Shown here: piece after piece, positions 44,129-55,582 of the stretch
Numbering within the stretch: position 1 is the stretch's first letter
Layout: each line of letters opens with the position of its first letter
Assembly: GCA_963715985.1 (NCBI GenBank)
Contig: CAVQSP010000011.1
Location: 64,001-128,000, forward strand
Direction of reading: 5' to 3'
Length of the DNA: 64,000 bases
Source of the DNA: an uncultured Thermoleophilia bacterium
GTDB taxonomy: Bacteria; Actinomycetota; Thermoleophilia; UBA2241
Notes under the pieces: generated by a model
What the model saw: the letters and a program-made list of their open reading frames with translations, nothing else
What the model was told of the DNA's origin: nothing
Database searches by the model: none
Made by a program: the position numbers and the translations under genes

Positions 44129-46040
44129 CTACTTGGCGATGGTCAGCACGACCGTGGAGCCCTCCGCCACCACCGTGCCCGCGTCGGGCACCATCTTGAC
44201 GACGGTCCCCTGTGGCTGGCCGGTGCCGGGCCTCTGCTTGATGACCACGCCGAAGCCGGCGGCGTTGAGCTGGCTCGTCGCCGACGTGGAGTCCATTCCG
44301 TACACGTTGGGCACCTCGACGCCGCTGACCGTGGGGCTCGGCGTGGGCGTGGCCGTGGGTGTCGGCGTGCCGGACGAGATCACGATGTTCACGGCCGCAC
44401 CCTTGGCCACCTTGGTCCCGGCGACCGGGTCCTGACGGATGACCTGTCCGGCCGGCACCGACGTGCTTGTCTCCTGGTCCACGCTGCCCAGGGTGAGCTT
44501 GGCGTCGGTGAGCGCCTGCTGGGCGTCCGCCTGGGTGAGGCCGGTGAGCACCGGCACCGCCACCTGCGGCTCGCCGCTGCAGACCCAGTATGTGACCACG
44601 TCGCCGCGCCTGACGTCCGTGCCGGCGGCGGGCTCCTGCTTGTACACCTGGCCCTGCGGCACCGCCGACGTCTTGCCGGACTTCTGCAGGCCGCTCAGGC
44701 CGTTCTGCTTGAGGTAGTCCTGGACCTCCTGCGGCGACCACCCCGTGAAGTCCTCGAGGGCCAGCGTCTCGGAGCCCTTGCTCACCCACAGGTCCACGGT
44801 CTCGCCCTTGGCCAGCTCGGTGCCGCCCGTGGGCGCCTGCCGGCTGACCACGCCCTTGTCGTACTTGTCGGAGAACTCCTCCTGGACGCTGGCCTTGAAC
44901 CCGGCCTGTTCCAGTGTGGACACGGCGACGCTCTGCGTCTTGCCGACCACGGAGGGCACCGGCTCTCCCCCGCCGCCGCCCATCACGCGGATGAGGCCGT
45001 AGGCGGCGGCCGCGATCACCAGCAGCAGGATGACGATGACGACGATCCACGGCCAGCGGCGACGGGGCGGCCGCCGCTCCGTGCCGTAGGGACCGGGGGC
45101 CATCATCGAGGTGGCGCCGGCGGCGGCTCCCGCGGCGGCGCCGGAGACGCCGGCGCCCATGAGCCGCGTGGCCTCGGCCGAGGAGTCGAAGCGCGGCCGC
45201 CGCGACCGGCCCGCCCTCGGCGGCGGAACGCAGGTCGCGGGCGAACTGGCCGGCCGTCTGATACCTCAGGTCCGGGTCCTTGGCGATGGCTTTGAGCACG
45301 ATCTGGTTAAGGGAGTACGGCAGCCCGGGGACCAGCTGCGCGGGCTCCGGAGCCATCTCGTTGACGTGCTTGAGGGCCACCGTTACGGCGCTGTCGCCCT
45401 TGAACGGCACCGTGCCGGTGAGCATCTCGTAGAGGACGATGCCCACCGAGTAGAGGTCCGAGCGCTCGTCCACCTGCATGCCGCGGGCCTGCTCCGGCGC
45501 GAGGTACTGGGCGGTCCCGAGGATCGAGCCCACCTCGGTCATGCCGGAGTCGCCGGCGCGGGCGATGCCGAAGTCCATGACCTTGACGTTGCCGCCGCGG
45601 TCCAGCATCACGTTCTGCGGCTTGATGTCGCGGTGCACGATGCCCTCGCGGTGGGCGAACTCGATGGCCGCCAGCAGCTGCAGGCCGATGCGCACGGCGT
45701 CGTTGCCGCCCAGCCTGCCCTGGCGGCGGATGAGCTCCTTGAGCGTCTCGCCCTCCACATACTCCATGACGATGAAGTAGGTGCCGTCCACCTCTCCCCA
45801 GTCGTAGATGCTCACGAGGTTCGGGTGATTAAGGCCTGCCGCGGACTTGGCCTCACGGCGGAAGCGCTCGACGAAGGTCGGGTCGCTCAGGAAGCGCTGC
45901 AGGAGCACCTTGAGCGCCACCCGGCGGCCCAGGGTGAGGTCCTCGCAGAGATACACGTCGGCCATGCCGCCGCCGCCCAGCTTGCGCAGGACGCGGTAGC
46001 GGCCGCTCACCACCTGGTCTGGCTGGAACACGTCGCTCAC
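44129..46040 (-). CDS. pknB: PASTA-domain Ser/Thr kinase PknB (apparent frameshift near 45196)
   Basis: GGGGMA, HRDIKPQN, DFG, YLAPEQ; TM helix and four PASTA repeats continue in the next frame. Confidence 0.93.
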
Positions 46041-46101
46041 GTCTCGTTACCTCGCTCGTCTAGCCACAGATACTGTCCCGGGCGCCGTCTCCCTGCCGCG
46101 G

Positions 46102-47541
46102 TCACGGCAGGGCAGGCTGCGCCAGTGCTGTCTTGATCACGTCGGCGGCGAGCGGCGCAGCCGCCTCGCCGCCGGTCGATTGCGTGTCCTCGATGACCAC
46201 GGCGATGGCCACCGTGGGGTCCTCCGCCGGGGCGAAGGCGATGAACCACGCCAGGTTGGTGCCGTCTCCGACCTCCGCCGTGCCGGTCTTGCCGGCCACC
46301 TGGATGCCCTCGAGCGCCGCGGCCGTGCCCGTGCCGGCGTTGACCACGCGCTGCATCATCATGTTGAGCGTGCTCGCCGTGGCCGCGCTCATCGCCACCT
46401 TCCACTGCCTCGGCGTGGCCTTCTCCACCACGGTACCGGAGGCGGACACGATCTCCTGCGTGTAGTAAGGCGCCATGACGCGGCCGCCGTTCGCCACACC
46501 GGCGGCCACGAGCGCCATCTGCAGCGGCGTGGCGAGGAGCTGCTCCTGGCCGCACGCCGCCCAGGCCACCGCCAGCGGATCCATGAACGCGTCCGGCGAC
46601 AGCAGACCCTTCTTGCCGTAGCGGCCGCTGGGCACGACTTCGCCGGAGGGCAGCGGCAGCGGCGGGGTCGAGTAGAAGCCGAAGCGCTGCGACGCGGCGA
46701 TGAGGCGTTTGCGCCCCACCAGATTGCCGACCTTGCCGAACGTCGTGTTGATGGAGTAGGTGAGGGCGGTGGTGAAGTCGTTCTTGCCGAACACCGCCCC
46801 GCCGTAATTGGTCACGGTGCCGCCGAAGACGACGTAGGTGCCCGTGTCCACGAACTCGGTGTCCGGCGTCACCCTGCCGCTCTCCAGCCCGGAGGTGGCG
46901 GTGACCGCCTTGAAGGCCGAGCCCGGCGTGTAGAGCCCCTGGGTCGGCCGGTTGAGAAGCGGCGCGTCGGTCTCACTGCTGAGGCGCGCCCACTGCTCTT
47001 CGAGGTTGGCCGGGTCGTAGGTGGGCGCCGAGGCCGAGGCGATGAGGGCGCCGGTGGTGGGATCGAGCACCACGATGGCGCCCTTCTGGCCGGAGAGGGC
47101 CTTCTGGGCCTCCTTCTGCACGGCCGGCACGATGGTCAGCTTGACGGTGGCGCCCTTGGGCTTGCGCCCGAGCAGCCGGTCCACCCAGTTCTGCACGCCG
47201 AGATCCGTGGACTGGCCGGTGAGGGCGTCGTTGAGCTCCGCCTCGATGCCGCTGCGCCCGTAGCGCACGCTGTCGTAGCCGACGAGCTGCGGCGCCAGCG
47301 TGCCCTGTGGGTAGTAGCGGTAGTAGTAGCCGGAGCGCCGCTGCGAGCCCACGACCGTGGAACCGTCGAAGCCCAGGATGTCGCCGCGCTTGATCTTCAT
47401 CTCCTTGGCGATGCCGAGCCGGTTCTCCGGGCGGTCGGCGTACCACTGGGCCCGCCCCGCCATGATCCACGTGAGATTGACGATGAGCGCCGCGAAGAGC
47501 ACGACCCCGACGATGAAGATGCGCGCGATGGCCTTGTTCAC
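46102..47541 (-). CDS. pbpA: Class B penicillin-binding protein PbpA
   Basis: SAFK, SIN and KTG motifs; N-terminal TM helix. Confidence 0.92.
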   Translation of the reverse strand: MNKAIARIFIVGVVLFAALIVNLTWIMAGRAQWYADRPENRLGIAKEMKIKRGDILGFDGSTVVGSQRRSGYYYRYYPQGTLAPQLVGYDSVRYGRSGIEAELNDALTGQSTDLGVQNWVDRLLGRKPKGATVKLTIVPAVQKEAQKALSGQKGAIVVLDPTTGALIASASAPTYDPANLEEQWARLSSETDAPLLNRPTQGLYTPGSAFKAVTATSGLESGRVTPDTEFVDTGTYVVFGGTVTNYGGAVFGKNDFTTALTYSINTTFGKVGNLVGRKRLIAASQRFGFYSTPPLPLPSGEVVPSGRYGKKGLLSPDAFMDPLAVAWAACGQEQLLATPLQMALVAAGVANGGRVMAPYYTQEIVSASGTVVEKATPRQWKVAMSAATASTLNMMMQRVVNAGTGTAAALEGIQVAGKTGTAEVGDGTNLAWFIAFAPAEDPTVAIAVVIEDTQSTGGEAAAPLAADVIKTALAQPALP

Positions 47542-47550
47542 GGCCGCCCC

Positions 47551-48873
47551 CTACCCGCGCTCCGCCAGGCGCCGGCGCTCGAGGTCGGTGCCCCCACGCA
47601 CCACGTTGGCGCGGTGGGAGATCATGAGCAGCAGGGCCACGAGCATGAGGTTGGCGGTGATGGAGCTGCCGCCGTAGCTCACGAACGGCAGCGTGATGCC
47701 GGTGAGCGGGATGAGGCGCGTCACGCCGCCGAGGATGATGAAGGTCTGCAGGCCGAAGGCGAAGGCCAGGCCGGCGGCCAGGAGCTTGGAGAAGCCGTCG
47801 GGCGCCCACACGGCGATGCGAAAGCCCCGCCACATGAAGAGCAGATACACGAGGATGATGCCGACGGCGCCGAGCAGGCCCATCTCACTGGCCACGGCGG
47901 CGAAGATGAAGTCGGTCTGCAGGTCCGGCACCACGGGCTGGTGATTGGCGTAGAGCAGGAAGCCGCGCCCGAAGCCGGCCCCCAGGATGCCGCCGTCGGC
48001 GATGGTGAACAGCGACTGCAGCAGCTGGTAGCCCGTGGTGGAGGCGTGCGGCCACGGGTCGAGCCACACGCTGAAGCGGTCGTTGACGTGCGGCACGAGG
48101 AAGACGGCCACGGCGGCGGCGGCGGCAAACAGCCCGGCGCCGAGCACCACGTACACGATACGCGTGGTGGCCATGTACATCAGCCCCACGAAGATGGACA
48201 TGAACAGCAGGGCCATGCCGAAGTCCTTCATGAAGACGAGCATGGCCAGCGAGAGCACCCACATGATGAGCAGCGGGCCGAAGTACTTGTAGGCCGGCAG
48301 CGGCACCCCGAGCAGGTGATGCGTGGGCACCGAGAGCAGCACCTTCTTGTCGTTCAGGTAGCCGGCGAGAAAGATGACGATGGCGAGCTTGGCGAACTCG
48401 GAAGGCTGGATGGAGAAGCCGAAGGCGTGGATCCACAACTTGGAGCCGTTCACGGTAGTCCCCAGCGCGATCGTCACCACGAGCAGGGCGAGGCCGAGGG
48501 CGCCGATGAGGTAACGATACCGGTCGAGGCGGGCGTGGTCGCGGACCACGACGATGGTGAGCACGAAGAGCGCCGCCCCGACGAGGAGCCACTGGCCCTG
48601 CGTGAGGGCCAGCGACGGGCGGATGCGGAAGATCTCCGTGAGCCCGACGGCGGCCAGCAGGGCGGTGATCGGCAGCAGGAACGAGTCCGCCTGCGGCAGC
48701 AGGAAGCGCACCAGCAGGTGCAGGAGGAAGAAGATGGCGACGAAGACCAGGCCGTAGATGATGGAGACGCGGTTGATCTCGCGAAAGCGGCCCGCGTAGA
48801 CGGACACGTAGGCCATGGTACTGACGGCGCCGGCGATGACGAGGAACAGCAGTTCCACGTTGCGCCGGCTCAA
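47551..48873 (-). CDS. rodA: SEDS protein RodA
   Basis: IQPSEFAK, QTDFIF, PLTGITLPFVSYGGSS. Confidence 0.93.
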   Translation of the reverse strand: MSRRNVELLFLVIAGAVSTMAYVSVYAGRFREINRVSIIYGLVFVAIFFLLHLLVRFLLPQADSFLLPITALLAAVGLTEIFRIRPSLALTQGQWLLVGAALFVLTIVVVRDHARLDRYRYLIGALGLALLVVTIALGTTVNGSKLWIHAFGFSIQPSEFAKLAIVIFLAGYLNDKKVLLSVPTHHLLGVPLPAYKYFGPLLIMWVLSLAMLVFMKDFGMALLFMSIFVGLMYMATTRIVYVVLGAGLFAAAAAVAVFLVPHVNDRFSVWLDPWPHASTTGYQLLQSLFTIADGGILGAGFGRGFLLYANHQPVVPDLQTDFIFAAVASEMGLLGAVGIILVYLLFMWRGFRIAVWAPDGFSKLLAAGLAFAFGLQTFIILGGVTRLIPLTGITLPFVSYGGSSITANLMLVALLLMISHRANVVRGGTDLERRRLAERG

Positions 48874-50236
48874 GGGCTCATCCCCAGATAGGTGGCGAGG
48901 GCGAGCGCGTCGCCGCGACCGCGCAGAGCCCGCTCGTCCACGAGCTGCCGCTGTTCCGGCGAGAGCGTGGCGTAAGCGACGGAGCTGCGCCGGTACACAG
49001 CGTGAAGGTGCAGCGGCCCCACGTTGGCGGGCAGGCCGCTGTACAGGGCCAGACGGCCGTCGTCGACGCCCACGTAGTAGACGGTGCTCAGGGTGACGGC
49101 GCCGCCGATGCCGAGCAACACAAGCAGGGCGAGCACGACGGTGAGGCAGCCGAGCCCGCGGCGGCGTGGCTCCGCGGGAGAGGCCGCGTCCGGGAGCTCG
49201 GGGACGGGGTGCACCGGTGCGGCCGGCGGCTCGCGGCGGCGGCGATCGCGGCCTCGACCTCCTCGACCGGGATCTCGCCGGTGTCCTCGTCGTCGTCCGG
49301 GTCGTCGCCGGCGGTGGTGGCCGCTACGGCAGCCCCCGCGGCCGCGACGACCGTATCGCCGAACGGCGCGGGCTCGACCAGGCCGGCCGCGGCCGCCGTC
49401 GCAGCGCCGGCGACGGCGCCGCCCTCGGCACCGGGCCCGGGCGCGAGCGGCGCCGGTGCCGGCTCCGCCACGGTGACGGCCTCGTCGGCGGAGACCGCCA
49501 GCGTGACTTCGTCGTCGTCGCCTACCGCGCCCGGGTCGGGCGTCTCGAGCCGCACCACGACGGCCGTGATGTTGTCGGGACCGCCCTGTTTGCGCGCCTC
49601 GGCGATGAGCCGGCGCGCGGCCTCGTCCGGGTCCGACCGGCCCAGCGCCTTCGCCAGCTGCACGGCGTCCACGACGCCGCTGAGGCCGTCGCTGCAGAGC
49701 AGCAGCACGTCGCCGCCGCGCAGGTCCACCTCGAACTCGTCGATGCGCACGGACGGCTCGGTGCCCAGGGCGCGGCTGAGGATGCTGCGGTGGGGGTGGG
49801 TGGCCGCCTCCTCTTCGGTCAGGCGGCCCTCCCGCACCATCTCCCCGACCAGCGAATGATCGTCGCTGAGCTGCTGCAGCTCTCCCTCGCGGAGCAGGTA
49901 GGCACGGCTGTCCCCGATGTGCACGAAGTGGGCGACGGCAGCCTCCAGCACGAACGCCGTGAGTGTGGTGCCCATGCCGCTGTGGTCGACGTCGCCGCTG
50001 GCGCGCGCGTACACGGCGGTGTTGGCGGCCTCCGCGGCGGCGAGCAGGGGCTGCCCCGCCGCCACCTCCGCGGCCAGCGTCTCCGACGCCAGGGCACTGG
50101 CCACCTCGCCGGCCTGCGCTCCGCCCATGCCGTCGCACACCGCGAACAGCGGCGGAGCGACGACGTAGGCGTCCTCGTTGGTCTTGCGGTGCAGGCCGAT
50201 GTCGGTGAGGGCGCCTGGGCGGGCGACGAGCGTCAC
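48870..50236 (-). CDS. pstP: PP2C Ser/Thr phosphatase PstP (apparent frameshift near 49233)
   Basis: NED, DGMGG, HIGDSRAY, CSDGL, GGPDN; TM helix and YYVG extracellular part in the next frame. Confidence 0.9.
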
Positions 50237-50243
50237 CGGCGCT

Positions 50244-50789
50244 TCACTCCTCGAAACGGAAGACGGTCTCGCCGATACGCACCCGGCTGTCCGGCTTGAG
50301 CTGCGCTTCGGTGACCTGTTTCTCGTTCACGAACGTGCCGTTGGTGCTACCCAGGTCCTCGACGTAGTAGAACTGGCCGCGCGGCACGAAGCGTGCGTGA
50401 GTGCTGGACACGAAGTGCTCGTCGAGCACGATGTCGCTGGTGCGGGCGCGGCCCACCGTGACCCATCCTTCAAGCGGGAACATCACGCCCGGAGGGACGA
50501 TCGTGCTCTGCTCGACGATCAGTCGAGGGTCGATGTGCCCGGAGAAGTCGAGCTTCTCACCGGCCACGGTGCGCTCCGAGAGGCGCTCCTCGCGGCGCGC
50601 GTCGCGCTCCGCCGGCGTGTACGTCGCCAGCGCCCGCGTCCCGTCCGGCAGCGCCACGTCGGGCGCCGCGACCGCGGCGCCCGCCGGCGTGCGCACGTTA
50701 CCTACGGCCGTCCTGACCACCTGCCAGATGAACAGGTAGAGCAGCACGAGGATGCCTATCTTGAGGACGAGCAGGACGATGTCGATCAT
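50244..50789 (-). CDS. fhaB: FHA-domain protein FhaB
   Basis: N-terminal TM helix; VGR, VSSTHA, DLGSTNGT. Confidence 0.88.
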   Translation of the reverse strand: MIDIVLLVLKIGILVLLYLFIWQVVRTAVGNVRTPAGAAVAAPDVALPDGTRALATYTPAERDARREERLSERTVAGEKLDFSGHIDPRLIVEQSTIVPPGVMFPLEGWVTVGRARTSDIVLDEHFVSSTHARFVPRGQFYYVEDLGSTNGTFVNEKQVTEAQLKPDSRVRIGETVFRFEE

Positions 50790-50852
50790 GGGCGTCTCCC
50801 GCAGCGCGGGCGGCCGCGTGGCACAGCGGCCGCGTTCACCTCGGCGCCGGCG

Positions 50853-51662
50853 TCACGGCAACCTCTCGAACATCAGCTCCGTGGTGCCCAGCTCGATGCG
50901 GTCGCCGTGCTGCAGCACGGCCTGCTTGACGTCGCGCCGATTGAGGCGCGTCCCGTTGGTGGAGCCGAGGTCGCGCAGCATGAAGCCGTCGTCCTGGCGC
51001 CGGATCTCGGCGTGCTGGCGCGAGACGTTGGGGTCGGCGAGCACGATGCCGCAGCGCCGGCTGCGGCCGAGCACGGTGACCGCTTCGTTGAGCTCCCACT
51101 GGCCCTGTGGGCCGCGCAGCGCGGCGCGCATGGTGCTCCCCCGAGGCGGGGCAGGGGCGGCGGCCGCGACAGGCGCCGCCAGAGGCGCGGCCTCCTGATA
51201 CAGCACCGTCTGGTCGAGCAACGGGCCGGCGCCCTGCGGGGCCGCGGCTGGGGCGGCCGGCGGCACGTAGGCCGCGCCGGGCGCCTCGAGCGGCGCGTTG
51301 ACCGTGCGCGTGGCGATGCCGAACTCGCCCACGCGCAGGTCGTCGTCACAGTGCAGGTCGATGCGCGGCGGGGCCACCAGCGTCCAGCCCTCGCGCCGCG
51401 CGAAGGCGGTGACGTAGTTGGACAGCTCCGACTTGAGAGCGTCCGAGAATGCCGAGAGCTGCGTGTAGTCGGCCTCGCCGAGGTACACGTCGAACTCGTT
51501 GGGCACGTAGACGTTGGAGACTCCGACCGTCTTGTGGTCGCCCATCTCCTTGGCGAGCTTGTGCGCCAGCTCCACCGGTTGCACGCTCGACTTGAAGGCG
51601 CGTCCGAAGCCGCCTTCCACGAAGCCCTCGAGCTTCTTCTCAGCTTTCCTGAAGATCCCCAT
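50853..51662 (-). CDS. fhaA: DUF3662 + FHA protein FhaA
   Basis: VQPVEL...PNEF N-terminal domain; LGR, SRQHA, DLGSTNGT. Confidence 0.9.
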   Translation of the reverse strand: MGIFRKAEKKLEGFVEGGFGRAFKSSVQPVELAHKLAKEMGDHKTVGVSNVYVPNEFDVYLGEADYTQLSAFSDALKSELSNYVTAFARREGWTLVAPPRIDLHCDDDLRVGEFGIATRTVNAPLEAPGAAYVPPAAPAAAPQGAGPLLDQTVLYQEAAPLAAPVAAAAPAPPRGSTMRAALRGPQGQWELNEAVTVLGRSRRCGIVLADPNVSRQHAEIRRQDDGFMLRDLGSTNGTRLNRRDVKQAVLQHGDRIELGTTELMFERLP

Positions 51663-53342
51663 CGTCGCGTTCCTCCGGCGCTTCTCCCGGCGTCAGGACC
51701 AGGAGAAAGAGTATCACGGCCGCGGCGAGTGCCACGTTCAGGACGAGCGGTGTGAGGGTCGCAGGGTACCCCCACACGGCCACGGGCACGATGCGGTACG
51801 CGCAGAACACGGCGGCGAAGGCAAAGGCCCAGACCCAGAGACGGGTCTCGAGGCGGCGGCGCGAGAGCGCGAAGCCCACCGCTGCCGCCAGCCCGGCCCA
51901 CACGACGACCTGCAGGAGCGCGGCGGGCGCGATCGCCACCCCGGCGACGTGGGCCGCAGCGCTGAACGGGTCGCCTGCCGCGGCGGCCTCGGCGCCGACC
52001 CTCCAGCGCGGCTGGAACAAGGTGAACGGCCCGCGCGGGGCGCGCAGGAGGAGCAGGTACACGAGCGTGCCGGCGCCGGCCCAGGCGGCGGCCAGCGGGC
52101 CGCGGATGCGGCCCAGCAGAGCCGCCCCCGCCGGCGCCAGCAGCGTGAGGTAGAACGGCGAGAGCACGAGGGCGAGCGTTGGCCACAGCGCGACGATGGG
52201 CCGGCTGCGCGTGAGCAGGAACAGCGCCACGGCGAAGACGAGGTAGGCCACGCCCAAAGAGAGCGACACGTTGAGCACCGGGAAGGCGAGGGCCCCCAGC
52301 AGGAAGGCCAGCCCGGCCTGCGGCACCACCGCCCAGCAGGCGGTGGCGACGGCCACGATGGGTAGGGTCCAGGTAGGTGGATAGGCCGGCAGCGCGGCCA
52401 GTACCACTCCGCTTGTGACCGCGGCCAGGGCCGCCCCACCGGCGCGCTCCACGACCACGCCGGTGCGGAGCAGGGGCCGCAGCATGCGCTGGACGCCCAG
52501 CAGACGACGGGTGTGCAGGCGGCCGCTGTGCAGGAGGTCGTCCAGCGCCCCTCCCAGATCGGCAGCCGTCGGCCGGTCGCCGGGGCGCGGCGCGCAGGCG
52601 TCGTCGATGAGGTCGACCATGGCGGCCGGCAGGTCCGGGCGCAGCGTGCGCAGCGACGGCAGGCGGCCGGCGGCCACGTTGGAGAGGGTCTCGGCCGGGG
52701 TCTGCCCGCGGAGCGGGTGCTGCCCGGCCAAAGCTCGAACAACACCATGCCGGCCGAGTACACGTCGCTGGGCGGCCCCACCCGGCGGCCTGATGCCTGC
52801 TCCGGCGACATGTACGCCACGGTGCCGATGACGTCGCCGTCCTGCGTGAGCGTGTCGGCGTCCAGCAGGCGCGCGATGCCGAAGTCCATGACTTTGACGT
52901 GGCCGTCGTGGTTGAGCATCACGTTCTGCGGCTTGACGTCACGGTGGATGATGCCCTGGCTGTGGGCGAAGGCGAGCGCGTCGAGCAGCTCCACGCCCAG
53001 CGCGGCCACGTCGGCGTCGCCGAGCTTGCCGGAGAGCTTGTCCAGGGAGTCGCCGTCGACAAGCTCCCACACCAGTACCGTGCGCTCGCCGTCCCCGAAC
53101 CAGTCGTACAGGGCGACGATGTTGGGATGCGAGAGCGCCGCGGCGGCCTCGGCCTCGCGCGCCACACGGCTGGAGACGCCGCGGCGCTCGGGGACGATCT
53201 TGAGAGCGACCCGCCTTTCGAGCACGATGTCGCGGGCCGCGTAGACATCGGCGAAGCCGCCGCTGCCGATCCTCTGGAGGTCCTGGTAGCGGTCGCGCCA
53301 ATCGGCATACAGGGGCGTCGTACTATGTGCTGCGGCGGGCAT
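51640..53342 (-). CDS. Ser/Thr protein kinase with polytopic membrane C-terminus (apparent frameshift near 52733)
   Basis: GSGGFA, HRDVKPQN, DFG, YMSPEQ, DVYS; continues AGQHPL... into many hydrophobic helices. Confidence 0.85.
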
Positions 53343-53411
53343 GCGGCGGGCGGGGTCCTTTGCCGTTTGGTCGGTATTCGGTGTGGTACAATCCGAACCC
53401 TGTACGAGCTC

Positions 53412-53498
53412 GGGCGAGTGGCGGAATTGGCAGACGCGCTAGGTTCAGGGTCTAGTGCACTTACGTGCGTGCGGGTTCAAGTCCCGCCTCGCCCACCA
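53412..53498 (+). tRNA. tRNA-Leu (anticodon CAG)
   Basis: GGGCGAGTGGCGGAATTGGCAGACGCG...TT-CAG-GG..., long variable arm, GGTTCAAGTCC, CCA end; TGnTACAAT promoter at 53384-53392. Confidence 0.98.
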
Positions 53499-53524
53499 TC
53501 TTCCTGACGACGGGGGTCCGCGGA

Positions 53525-54619
53525 GTGGATTTCTTCGACGACGACGCGACCAGCGTGTCATCGAAGCGTGACTCCGACGCACCCCAGCCCGCTCCTCCCC
53601 GCCGCCGCACCGACCGCCGGCGCACGCGCATCCAGCGCATCGTCATCCTCGCCGCGATCCTCTTCGTCATCGTCTTCGGGATGGCATGGTGGGCGCGGAC
53701 CTGCCAGCACAACCGCAAGGTCGCTTCATACCGCGACTACTTCGAGAGCGTGACCACCGCCATCGCCGACTCCTCCACGCTGGGCAAGCAGCTCAACCAG
53801 CTCGTCAACAACCCCACGAAGTACTCGCGCAAGGAGCTGGTCGCCAAGCTGCAGGAGCTGAGCGCCAAGCAGGACGAGATCGCCGTGCGCGCGGACAGGC
53901 TCGAGGCCCCGGACACGCTGGCCGCCGAGCAGAGCGCCTTCGCCGAGGGCATGCGGGTGCGCGCCGACGGCTACAAGCAGCTCGAGACGGCCATGCTGGG
54001 CCTGCTCGCCAACAAGAAGGTCAGCGCCGGCGAGATCGCCGCGCTGGCCGGCTACTTCAGCGGCCCGGACGCGTACTACATGAGCCGCGTGTACCTGCCC
54101 GCCCGCAACGTGCTCAGCAAACAGGGCGTCTCCGACGTGGCCGTGCCCACCGCCACCTGGTACCTCAAGAGCCGGGTCTTCGACCTCGCGCGCCTGCAGG
54201 AGATGCTGGCCAGCGTGGGCAGCTCCACCAAGCTCTCGGGCATCCACGGGGTAGGGCTCGTGAGCGTCACCGCCCAGCCCGGCGACGTCGCCCTCATCAG
54301 CAACGGTACGACCACCGTCACAGCCACCGCCGGCCTCGGCTTCGACGTCGAGGTGCAGAACCAGGGTGACGTCAACGAGAACGACGTCACCGTCACGGCG
54401 CAGCTCAAGCTGCCCGGCGGCGACGTGCTCACGCAGACCGGCTCCATCGCCACCATGCCCGCGGGCAAGACGCAGAAGGTCACGATCACCGGCTGGGCCA
54501 TCCCGGCCCAGGCCCTGAGCAAGGTCAGCACGCTCAAGGTCACCGCCGGCCCTGTGGAAGGCGAGCGCGTCAAGACCAACAACACGGCCCAGTACAAGAT
54601 CCTCCTGCAGCTCCAGTAG
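53525..54619 (+). CDS. Membrane-anchored protein with C-terminal CARDB/Ig-like domain
   Basis: TM helix, helical region, then VEVQNQGDVNE...GE..TNN pattern. Confidence 0.65.
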   Translation: MDFFDDDATSVSSKRDSDAPQPAPPRRRTDRRRTRIQRIVILAAILFVIVFGMAWWARTCQHNRKVASYRDYFESVTTAIADSSTLGKQLNQLVNNPTKYSRKELVAKLQELSAKQDEIAVRADRLEAPDTLAAEQSAFAEGMRVRADGYKQLETAMLGLLANKKVSAGEIAALAGYFSGPDAYYMSRVYLPARNVLSKQGVSDVAVPTATWYLKSRVFDLARLQEMLASVGSSTKLSGIHGVGLVSVTAQPGDVALISNGTTTVTATAGLGFDVEVQNQGDVNENDVTVTAQLKLPGGDVLTQTGSIATMPAGKTQKVTITGWAIPAQALSKVSTLKVTAGPVEGERVKTNNTAQYKILLQLQ

Positions 54620-54623
54620 CGGC

Positions 54624-55493
54624 GTGCAGGTGCTGCGCGACATCGCCCCGTACGTGGCCATGGCTGCGGCCGCGCTCTCCCTGGCCTTGCTCATCGTCGT
54701 CATCGTGATGTGGGTGCGTCTGCGCCGCGTGCGCCGCGCCCAGGTCGTGGTCATGGGCCGCCACGAGCAGCGCGACATCGTGGAAGAGGTCGGGAGTCTG
54801 GACTCGCAGGTGCGCAATCTGCGCGAGGCGGTGGAGATCCTCACCGACCAGCTCGACGAGCACAAGGCGCACCTGGACCGCGCCCTCACCCGCCGCGCCA
54901 TCGTGCGGTACGACGCCTTCCGCGACTCCGGCGGCGAGCAGAGCGCGTCGTTCGCACTTCTGGACGACTACCGCTCGGGCGTCGTCTTCAGCGCCATCGC
55001 GGCGCGTGACTTCGCACGCATCTACGTCAAGCACCTCGATCACGGCGTCGCCGACCGCGAGCTCTCGCCCGAGGAGCGGCAGGTGGTGGCGGCCGCGGTG
55101 CCGCGGCCGCTCGGCCCCGGCGAGGACGGCGCGCGCGCTGCGCGCGCGCCGAAGTCCGCCGGCGTCCCGCGGCCGCCCGCCGCGGCCGCCGAGCCGGACG
55201 CGCTCGAGACCGCCTCCGCAGCGCCCGGCCCGGCGAGTGGCGCCGCGGCGCACGCGGCTGCTCCGGCCACCGGCTCCTCGCAAGGGCAGCCGGGCCCGGA
55301 CGGCGCCCGCCGCGCGTTCGAGTCCCTCGCCGAGGTGGAGGCAGCGCCCGCCGACGGCGACGAGTTCACCTGGGAGAGCGGCGTGCCGCCGCGCTCGCCG
55401 GGGCGCGGCCCGGCGCCTGCCGACCCCGGCCCGGCGCCTGCCGGCCCCGGCCCCGGCGCCGACGGCGGGGACGCCGGCGGCCGCCAGGCCTGA
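54624..55493 (+). CDS. DUF4446-family protein with Pro/Ala-rich tail
   Basis: VRYDAFRDSGGEQSASFALLD...RIYVK...LSPEE. Confidence 0.8.
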   Translation: MQVLRDIAPYVAMAAAALSLALLIVVIVMWVRLRRVRRAQVVVMGRHEQRDIVEEVGSLDSQVRNLREAVEILTDQLDEHKAHLDRALTRRAIVRYDAFRDSGGEQSASFALLDDYRSGVVFSAIAARDFARIYVKHLDHGVADRELSPEERQVVAAAVPRPLGPGEDGARAARAPKSAGVPRPPAAAAEPDALETASAAPGPASGAAAHAAAPATGSSQGQPGPDGARRAFESLAEVEAAPADGDEFTWESGVPPRSPGRGPAPADPGPAPAGPGPGADGGDAGGRQA

Positions 55494-55582
55494 CGTCCTC
55501 CCCGCCGGCCGCACCGCACTCCGGCCGCGCGCACGTCTGATAGCCTTTGCGCGCAGTCGCAGCGACGCGTAAGGAGGTGAGC

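Noticed and set aside
55407-55448. 21-bp tandem repeat, plus PT-codon repeats near 60245-60295 and 44330-44370
   Set aside because: In-frame low-complexity Pro-rich linkers; not CRISPR or a regulatory array.
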